Source of the DNA: an uncultured Lachnospiraceae bacterium
GTDB lineage: Bacteria; Bacillota; Clostridia; Lachnospirales; Lachnospiraceae
Assembly: GCA_902789265.1 (NCBI GenBank)
Contig: CADANR010000003.1
Location: 5,603-69,602, forward strand
Length of the DNA: 64,000 bases
Reading direction: 5' to 3'
Part shown: one piece after another, positions 57,526-64,000 of the stretch
How positions within the stretch are numbered: the first letter of the stretch is position 1
Layout: each line of letters begins with the position of its first letter
The notes under the pieces: model-generated
What the model saw: the letters and a program-made list of their open reading frames with translations, nothing else
What the model was told of the DNA's origin: nothing
Database searches by the model: none
Translations under genes and position numbers: made by a program

Positions 57526-60276
57526 TTACTTCGCATCATACCAGGTATCCCCGGTATGTAAATCCACTTCCAGTTTCACGGCAAGATTCGCGGCCTCCTC
57601 CATCTTCCCCTTAAGGATTTCGCGCACTCTTTCTACCTCTGCTTCCTTTACTTCAAGCAAAAGTTCATCATGTACCTGTATGAGAACCCTGCTTTCCAGA
57701 TTTTCTTCGGCAAGTGCATCACGGACATGAAGCATTGCGATTTTCATGATATCCGCAGCGGTTCCCTGAATCGGCGCATTCATTGCAACTCTTTCTCCGA
57801 AGGATCTTTGCATGAAATTCGAAGATTTCAGTTCCGGAATCGGTCTTCTTCGCCCAAACATTGTTTTGGAATAACCGGTATTTTTTGCATCGCTTACGGC
57901 AGAATCTAAGAAGCCTTTAATTCCGGGGTATGTAACAAAATACTGATCAATATAATTCTGTGCTTCCTTCTTGGAAAGGTTTAAATCCTGGCTTAAACCA
58001 AAGGACGAAATTCCGTAAACGATACCGAAATTAACGGCTTTTGCACGTCTCCTTAAAAGCGGTGTAATCTCATCGAAAGGAACATGAAATACCTTGGATG
58101 CCGTGATTGCATGAATATCTTTTCCGGAATTATATGCTTCAATCAACCCCGGATCCGCGGACATATGAGCCAGAATACGAAGTTCAATCTGTGAATAATC
58201 CGCATCCATAAAAACAAACCCGGGCTTCGGTACGAATACCTTTCTGAGTTCCCTTCCGAGTTCGGTTTTAATCGGAATATTCTGCAGGTTCGGATCCGTT
58301 GACGACAGTCTTCCGGTTGCCGTCACGGTCTGCTGGAAGGTCGTGTGAATCCGGCCGTCCGGTGCAATCTGCGTTGCCAGTCCGTCTGCATATGTGGATT
58401 TTAATTTGGTAAGAGCCCTGTATTCCAAGATATCCGCCACAAAAGGATAGTCCGGTGCAAGTTTTTCAAGCACATCCGCAGCGGTGGAATAACCGGTCTT
58501 CGTCTTCTTTCCGCCCGGAATCCGCATCTTTTCAAATAAAATTTCGCCTAACTGTTTCGGGGAATTGATATTAAAATCCTCACCGGCGGCTTCCTTAATC
58601 CGCACCTGAAGTTCTTCAATTCGTCCCTGCAGGCGGTCGGAATACTGCTTTAATTCATTCGGAAGAATCTTAATCCCTTCCGATTCCATCTCGTAAAGAA
58701 CATAGGAAAGCGGCATTTCAATCTGTTTAAACAGGTTTTCGAGCATTCCGGCATTTTCCAGTTCTTTTACAATCTTCTCCGAAGCATTGAAAAGTCCGTT
58801 CGCTACCGCACCGAGATAATGAAGATATTTATCCCTGTTCGTATCCGATAATGGATCTGCCCCCTTTTCAAAGAGGGTTACATACGGTTTGAAATCCGGA
58901 TTGTCATACTGTTCAATCACACTTTCCTCTTCATAATCATTCTTCAATGGATTTAAAAGATATGCTCCGATTACGGGATCAAAGAAAGAATTCGAAATGA
59001 CATAAGACGGCTTATTCTTTTGTTCTTCCGGAAGGAATGGATAATAATTCTTTACACCCGCTGCAACAAGAATTTTTCCGTCTTTAAGGATAAAATCTTT
59101 CAAAAGATTTATAAATTCGTCTTCTTCATGGCCATCAGCAATTACAAAAGCAATCGTTTTATCCGCACCGGAAACGGAAGCCGCCTTCAACGCCTTAGGC
59201 TTTGCATCCGCGGTATTCTGCGCGGAAAAATTGTCAAATAAGGACAACTGTTCCCCGGATGTTTCCAGCATGCGTTTCTCTTCTTTGGTCAGAAAATGAA
59301 TCTTTAAACTTACCTTGTCGGAATCCGTGAAAAGATTGCTTATTTCATTTTTCCCTACCGAAAAAGAATCAAAACATAATACCTCTGCTTCATGTTTTGG
59401 TTTCATGGAGGAGACATCGAATTTGGAAAAGAAAGATTTTAATTCCAGTTCCTTGATTGTTACAAAGGAATTCTCGTTATAGAAATCACCGATTTCGGCA
59501 TCGCTAAGTTTAATCGGCAGTTCCGCATCCGTAATAATCGTTACCAGTTTCTGACAGAAATATGCCATCTCTTTATTTTCCGCAAGAGATGTTTTGATCG
59601 CGGGTTTACTAACCGAGTCAATATTCTCATAGATTCCGTCAATGGAACCAAATTCCTGAATCAGCGAAATTGCGGTCTTTTCTCCGACCTTAGGAACCCC
59701 CGGAATGTTATCGGAAGAATCTCCCATAAGTGCTTTTACATCGATAAACTGCTTCGGTGTAACGCCGTATTTTTCAACTACATCTGTAGGATAATACTCC
59801 TCCACTTCTGTCTTTCCGCCCTTGGTTTTGGGGATTCTGATTTTGATATGTTCATCACTGATTTGCAATAAATCCCTGTCACCGGAAAGAATAATGGCAT
59901 CCCAGCCGTCCGCCTGTGATTTTTTTGCAGCGGTTCCAAGAAGGTCATCCGCCTCGAATCCGGCTTTCTCCATAATCGGAATATTCATGGATGTAAGCAG
60001 TTTCTTCATAACCGGAACCTGCTCGCGAAGCTCATCCGGCATCGGATGTCTGGTTCCTTTATACTCTTTATACATTTCATGACGGAAGGTCGGTGCATGC
60101 AAATCAAACGCAACCGCCAGATGCGTCGGTTTTTCATCATCCATGGCTTTCAGCATGATATTTAAAAACCCGAAAATTGCATTCGTATGAAGGCCGTCTT
60201 TATTCGTTAAATCCGGCACTCCGTAGAATGCTCTGTTTAATATACTGTGTCCGTCAATCAGTAAAATTTTATTCAT
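57526..60276 (-). CDS. polA: DNA polymerase I
   Basis: 916 aa with a 5'-nuclease N-terminus, motif A DADYSQIELRILAH and motif C QVHDEL. Confidence 0.95.
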   Translation of the reverse strand: MNKILLIDGHSILNRAFYGVPDLTNKDGLHTNAIFGFLNIMLKAMDDEKPTHLAVAFDLHAPTFRHEMYKEYKGTRHPMPDELREQVPVMKKLLTSMNIPIMEKAGFEADDLLGTAAKKSQADGWDAIILSGDRDLLQISDEHIKIRIPKTKGGKTEVEEYYPTDVVEKYGVTPKQFIDVKALMGDSSDNIPGVPKVGEKTAISLIQEFGSIDGIYENIDSVSKPAIKTSLAENKEMAYFCQKLVTIITDAELPIKLSDAEIGDFYNENSFVTIKELELKSFFSKFDVSSMKPKHEAEVLCFDSFSVGKNEISNLFTDSDKVSLKIHFLTKEEKRMLETSGEQLSLFDNFSAQNTADAKPKALKAASVSGADKTIAFVIADGHEEDEFINLLKDFILKDGKILVAAGVKNYYPFLPEEQKNKPSYVISNSFFDPVIGAYLLNPLKNDYEEESVIEQYDNPDFKPYVTLFEKGADPLSDTNRDKYLHYLGAVANGLFNASEKIVKELENAGMLENLFKQIEMPLSYVLYEMESEGIKILPNELKQYSDRLQGRIEELQVRIKEAAGEDFNINSPKQLGEILFEKMRIPGGKKTKTGYSTAADVLEKLAPDYPFVADILEYRALTKLKSTYADGLATQIAPDGRIHTTFQQTVTATGRLSSTDPNLQNIPIKTELGRELRKVFVPKPGFVFMDADYSQIELRILAHMSADPGLIEAYNSGKDIHAITASKVFHVPFDEITPLLRRRAKAVNFGIVYGISSFGLSQDLNLSKKEAQNYIDQYFVTYPGIKGFLDSAVSDAKNTGYSKTMFGRRRPIPELKSSNFMQRSFGERVAMNAPIQGTAADIMKIAMLHVRDALAEENLESRVLIQVHDELLLEVKEAEVERVREILKGKMEEAANLAVKLEVDLHTGDTWYDAK

Positions 60277-60306
60277 TCGTAATTCCTTTTGTAACCAAAA
60301 TAATCA

Positions 60307-60645
60307 TCAATATCCGAGAATCATCTTCGATAAAAAATACCCGCCGACAATTGCAAGGAGAATTGCAAAAATAAAAATCATCAGGGAAATCTGCTGCTTA
60401 TTCCTTGCCTTTCTTTCATTCTTATACATGAGTTCTTCCAACTCCTGATTCAGATTAAATGCGGAGGCGGAATCCAGGCGCTTTACACCCACGACAACAA
60501 GATACTCCACGGACAGTTCTTCCATGCAGGCATCACAGTGCTCGATATGCCTGATAAATGCAAGGGAGTCTTTGCTGTCCATACGGGTATCAATGAACTT
60601 CGGGATATTCTTTTGTACCTCTTCGCAGGTCATTTCTTTTTTCAT
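60307..60645 (-). CDS. zf-HC2 anti-sigma-factor-like single-TM protein
   Basis: Start placed at ATG 60645 (MKKEMTCEEVQKNIPKFID). H-x3-C-x2-C motif HIEHCDAC and C-terminal TM ISLMIFIFAILLAIVGGYFL. The ORF-track N-terminal extension covers the family 2 repeat. Confidence 0.6.
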   Translation of the reverse strand: MKKEMTCEEVQKNIPKFIDTRMDSKDSLAFIRHIEHCDACMEELSVEYLVVVGVKRLDSASAFNLNQELEELMYKNERKARNKQQISLMIFIFAILLAIVGGYFLSKMILGY

Positions 60646-60665
60646 ATAATCACAATGTCCCTTCT

Positions 60666-60730
60666 GACTGACTGCAATTTTTTTGGGGTTCGGATGCAGT
60701 GGCAACTCCCCCCTCGCAATGCAGTCAATC
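60666..60730 (-). repeat. hairpin carrying the conserved loop core (family 2, copy B, inverted relative to copy A)
   Basis: The minus strand reads tgattgactgcatt-GCGAGGGGGGAGTTGCCACTGCATCCGAACCCC-aaaaaaattgcagtcagtca. The core is at 60685-60717. The arms pair but are unrelated in sequence to those of copy A. Confidence 0.7.
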
Positions 60731-60749
60731 ATCAGGCTTAATATCTTTC

Positions 60750-61823
60750 TCAGCCTACGTTCTTCCTGTGAATACTCGGATCCTCATACTTGTCCATGAA
60801 ATCATGTCCGAGCTGGATTGCCTCATCTGCAAATTTCACACTTCCAAGCTCGGTATATACCGCAACTAAAAGATCAAAATGTATCTCTTCAAAGAAATTG
60901 AAAATCTCCATCGGAATTGTGCGGTCAAACTGCAGAACATCTGCAAATCTGTTCCTGTAATCAAGGTCATCTCTCGGGTGCGGTTTTAAAAATACCCTTC
61001 CCTCTTTTGAATATTCGTTTACCAGATCCCTGAAAATCTTCTCCCTGGTATCAAAGGAAGGAGTCAGCGGTTCCGTCAGAATCAGGATATTCTTTTCATC
61101 ACTCTCAATGGAACGCCCCACCTCTAACATTTTATCATAACCGCGTACAAATGTCCGAATAATCAGTTCCCTGGAATCTTTATCAAGTGACTCCATCAGG
61201 GCATTTCTGGATACTTCTTTGTAAACATCCGGGTCGTCCTTAATAACGCTTAAATCATTGACTTCCATGTCCAGACAGTACTTCCCGTAACCGTCACGGA
61301 TAAAGATCAAATTCAGTTTCTTGGAAAAGAATTTCTTTAATTTCCAATGTCCCTGATTGTCGAATCTTGAATAAACACAGGGTCTTAAGGTATTAAAGCC
61401 GTCTTCCACGGCATGATAGTAAATATGATTCTGATTTAAGTAATACCCGATCGGATCCGTATCGCAGAATACATATACGTCTTTATACTGTTTGAAATCC
61501 ACCGGAATATAGGGCGCCTGACATTTCGCGAACTTCTTTGTGAAACGGATACGGTTATACATATTGGAAATGATATTCCCTTTATCGTCCCTTAAATGGG
61601 TCAACTCCGGAAAATTGCTTTCCCTTTTTTCATCAAACAAAATCACGGAACGGAAGATTTCTGACTCTTCAAATCGTTTCGGAAAATCCTCGAAATCCGT
61701 GGACATCGTGGAAAGCACCAAATCAGCAGGCTCGCTCCGGTCTGCTAAATTCAGTTCCTTTAAACAGGTTACGAAGACATGATAATAGGTATGGCATACA
61801 TAAACTCTTCCGGATTTATTCAT
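60750..61823 (-). CDS. putative nonulosonic-acid (sialyl-type) glycosyltransferase
   Basis: 357 aa. Carries the two short motifs of bacterial sialyltransferases: D/E-D/E-G (AVEDGFN) and HP (FLKPHPRD). Overlaps the pseG-like gene by 8 nt. Confidence 0.45.
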   Translation of the reverse strand: MNKSGRVYVCHTYYHVFVTCLKELNLADRSEPADLVLSTMSTDFEDFPKRFEESEIFRSVILFDEKRESNFPELTHLRDDKGNIISNMYNRIRFTKKFAKCQAPYIPVDFKQYKDVYVFCDTDPIGYYLNQNHIYYHAVEDGFNTLRPCVYSRFDNQGHWKLKKFFSKKLNLIFIRDGYGKYCLDMEVNDLSVIKDDPDVYKEVSRNALMESLDKDSRELIIRTFVRGYDKMLEVGRSIESDEKNILILTEPLTPSFDTREKIFRDLVNEYSKEGRVFLKPHPRDDLDYRNRFADVLQFDRTIPMEIFNFFEEIHFDLLVAVYTELGSVKFADEAIQLGHDFMDKYEDPSIHRKNVG

Positions 61824-62943
61824 TTATACCACCCCCGGACAGCTTAAAAATCTGCTCAGCCATGCGTTTTGCGCCGTTTCCGTCAACCAGTTCCTTTTCT
61901 TTTTCTCCCATCAGAACACGTCTTTCGTAATCAACTTTCAATTTCAGAATTTCTTCAATCATGTCTGTGTAAAGAGACTTGTTCAATCTGACATCTCCTG
62001 CATAATGAAAAATACCGAGCCTTCCGAATTCCTCTCCTCCGGGCATCTGGTTATCCGCCATGGAAAAACAAATACACGGGATCTGGCATGCACAGATTTC
62101 ATATTGCGTACTTCCGGCTGCGGAAACAACAAGATCCATTTGCTGTAAAACTTCCTTCATGTTGGAAATATTCACATGGAGTTTTAGCCAGGAATACAAT
62201 AATTCCATCTCTTTCAATGCTTCCAGATCCGGTTCCATGGAACCTAAAATCATGTGAATCTCACAATTCTCTGTAATACATTTATCCGTATCTGCTGCAT
62301 TCTCTTTATTGTGCGAATTGCAACCTGTATTATCCGAGTTCAGTTTCTCATATTCAATCAGGGTTTCCACAAACTTTTTCGCCATACGCATGGGATCGGC
62401 ACCGCCAAAGGAAAGTGCAATTTTTCGAACTTCCCTGTTCTGTTCCCGCTTCGGGATACCGGCGAATTCCGCACGTAAAGGCGCATAAGAAGGTCCTATA
62501 ATCATCGGCGGAAGTTTCACGCCTTCCGTCTCATATAATTCTTTATATTTTTCCGCATTTGCATATACATTGTAATTAATGAGCAAATCCACCGGATAGG
62601 CAAAGTTATATACATCGTCCAGATATCCGGTAAAAATCTTCTCCCGCACGGCATTTAAATACTCTTTGGTCACATAATAACTGTCCACCAAAAGAAGCTC
62701 CGCACCGTAAGACTGAATAATCCCGGTAAGTTCTTCCACTTCCGAATCCATCTCCGTATAGGAGGAAGAAAGCGTGAAAACCTCATATCCCCGGTCTTTC
62801 ATCCGATTGGCCGATGTATCCTTTGCAATCACAAAGGCGCTTAAAACTCCCATTGCAGTAAATGCATCCGCAACGGATAACAGGCGCATCACATGCCCCT
62901 GACCGATATTCGCATTACAGTCTGCACGCATGAGAACTCTCAT
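61816..62943 (-). CDS. pseG: PseG-like UDP-sugar hydrolase (GT28 C-terminal-like; pseudaminic acid pathway)
   Basis: 375 aa: MRVLMRADCNANIGQGHVMRLLSVADAF..., a family-typical N-terminus. Sits in the context of a NeuB/PseI-type synthase. Confidence 0.55.
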   Translation of the reverse strand: MRVLMRADCNANIGQGHVMRLLSVADAFTAMGVLSAFVIAKDTSANRMKDRGYEVFTLSSSYTEMDSEVEELTGIIQSYGAELLLVDSYYVTKEYLNAVREKIFTGYLDDVYNFAYPVDLLINYNVYANAEKYKELYETEGVKLPPMIIGPSYAPLRAEFAGIPKREQNREVRKIALSFGGADPMRMAKKFVETLIEYEKLNSDNTGCNSHNKENAADTDKCITENCEIHMILGSMEPDLEALKEMELLYSWLKLHVNISNMKEVLQQMDLVVSAAGSTQYEICACQIPCICFSMADNQMPGGEEFGRLGIFHYAGDVRLNKSLYTDMIEEILKLKVDYERRVLMGEKEKELVDGNGAKRMAEQIFKLSGGGINE

Positions 62944-63032
62944 GTTTGTTCGTACTCCCTTTCCGCATCTTCATCATTAGCTTTTCTCTAATCATTTTTT
63001 ACGTTTATGCTACAGCTAATAATTCAAACAAT

Positions 63033-64000
63033 TTATTGCCTTAACATGCGAATTGCATCCGCAATCTTTAAATCCCAGTTAAAATCACTGCCGTCCGTGA
63101 TTTCATGAAAGTCTTTCACGGTATGATAACTGCCCTCACCGGATTGTTTCACAGCCTGTATTTTCCCGGTTTTAATGTCTTCCCAACTGGCTTTAAATAA
63201 TTCGCCGATCTCAAAAATCAGCTTGTCATAGGCCTGTCGGAAGGTTTCATTTTCTTCATCAAAAGATACTTCCTTCTGACAGAGAATATCTCCCGTATCC
63301 AGTCCCGGTGCCATCTTGTGAATCGTAACACCTTTCGGGGTATTGTCATAAAAGCTGAAGAAATTCGGACTGGAGCCGCGATTATACGGAAGATAAGAAA
63401 TATGCAGATTGATAATCCGGCCGTCCATATAATCAATAATTTCTTTCGGAATGATATAGCGGTAATTAAAGCTGATGATAAAAGAAGGATCCAGATTCTG
63501 AATCATCTTAAGCGTAATTTTCTGTGCGATGCGGCAGGTATATCCTTCTTTTTCCTTTAACCACGCATACAATTCCGCAGTATTCTCGTTATTGGTCAGG
63601 AACAATATTACACCCTTTTTAAACAAATCAAACGAAACCGGTGTGCCGAATGCCACATCACTTGCGAATTCCAGTTCCTTAATATCCTCAATATACTTCG
63701 GCTTTATGCCGTATCCCGGACGTATGATTCTTACATTCTTTTCATCCGGCTTATCTCCTGCCTGAATCTCTTCCACGGCAAAAATCGAACGGCGGAAAAC
63801 AACACTTGCCTCTTCCTTCGGTGATACGCCGTAGAATGCCTCTCCCATGGCCGATTCAATCTCTCTGATATTGTCGACCATTTCTTTGAATTCAGTCGGA
63901 GTCATGGAAAATGACGCATCCGGATTTTCAATCTCGCGACCGAGACAGAAATGTTTTTCGATAATCTTTGCACCCATGGAAACCGCTATTCCGGCGCTGA
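63033..64000 (-). CDS. nonulosonic acid synthase (NeuB/PseI family, C-terminal part with SAF domain) fused to a formyltransferase-like domain; 5' end lies outside the window
   Basis: The reading frame stays open through 64000 (..SAGIAVSMGAKIIEKHF..). SAF domain RRSIFAVEEIQAGD..IRPGYGI. Then a Formyl_trans_N-like segment IINLHISYLPYNRG...GLDTGDI. Confidence 0.7.
   Translation of the reverse strand, partial: SAGIAVSMGAKIIEKHFCLGREIENPDASFSMTPTEFKEMVDNIREIESAMGEAFYGVSPKEEASVVFRRSIFAVEEIQAGDKPDEKNVRIIRPGYGIKPKYIEDIKELEFASDVAFGTPVSFDLFKKGVILFLTNNENTAELYAWLKEKEGYTCRIAQKITLKMIQNLDPSFIISFNYRYIIPKEIIDYMDGRIINLHISYLPYNRGSSPNFFSFYDNTPKGVTIHKMAPGLDTGDILCQKEVSFDEENETFRQAYDKLIFEIGELFKASWEDIKTGKIQAVKQSGEGSYHTVKDFHEITDGSDFNWDLKIADAIRMLRQ

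Overview
This is a 64-kb chromosomal segment that looks like a low-GC Firmicute of the Clostridia, Lachnospiraceae-like. That placement is an inference from gene content (SpoVB-type flippase, Rex, NfnAB, Fhs-FolD, a Re-citrate-synthase-like enzyme, TmcAL) and protein style. About 45 genes are present and all but two loci (an ABC-F gene and tmcAL) are on the minus strand, mostly in tight, often translationally coupled operons. I found no rRNA, tRNA, CRISPR array, transposase, integrase or recognisable defence genes.

Content from left to right:
- Flippase, ybeY-phoH, pdp, rlmH and two zinc-ribbon membrane proteins.
- nfnAB, folD-fhs and ftsK.
- A GT2 plus GT-C-like glycosylation pair carrying a long Thr/Glu-rich tail.
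- metY, yebC, a CBS/CorC protein, alr, an SGNH lipoprotein, nnr, rex and an ABC-F gene.
- A repeat-tailed membrane protein, icd, a Re-citrate-synthase-like gene, an EF-G paralogue and tmcAL.
- A 10-kb signalling operon: Hpt, an APC-permease-fused hybrid histidine kinase, a double-SBP PAS GGDEF protein and a 7TM-like PAS hybrid kinase with two receivers.
- A DUF362 Fe-S protein, a ParB-like/BMP protein coupled to a metallophosphoesterase, and the ACT + UPF0210 pair.
- An MBL hydrolase, a CoaE-FtsA-like fusion, polA and a zf-HC2 anti-sigma-like protein.
- The start of a nonulosonic-acid (pseudaminic/legionaminic-type) sugar cluster.

Most noteworthy:
1. Two families of conserved structured intergenic elements, each present twice. 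One is a 120-nt imperfect hairpin with three compensatory base-pair changes. It sits in the 5' leaders of the Re-citrate synthase and CoaE genes.
2. The transporter-fused sensor kinase operon.
3. Several unusual domain fusions.
4. Two genes interrupted by what look like single extra-A frameshifts. These also warn that some fusions could be assembly artefacts.
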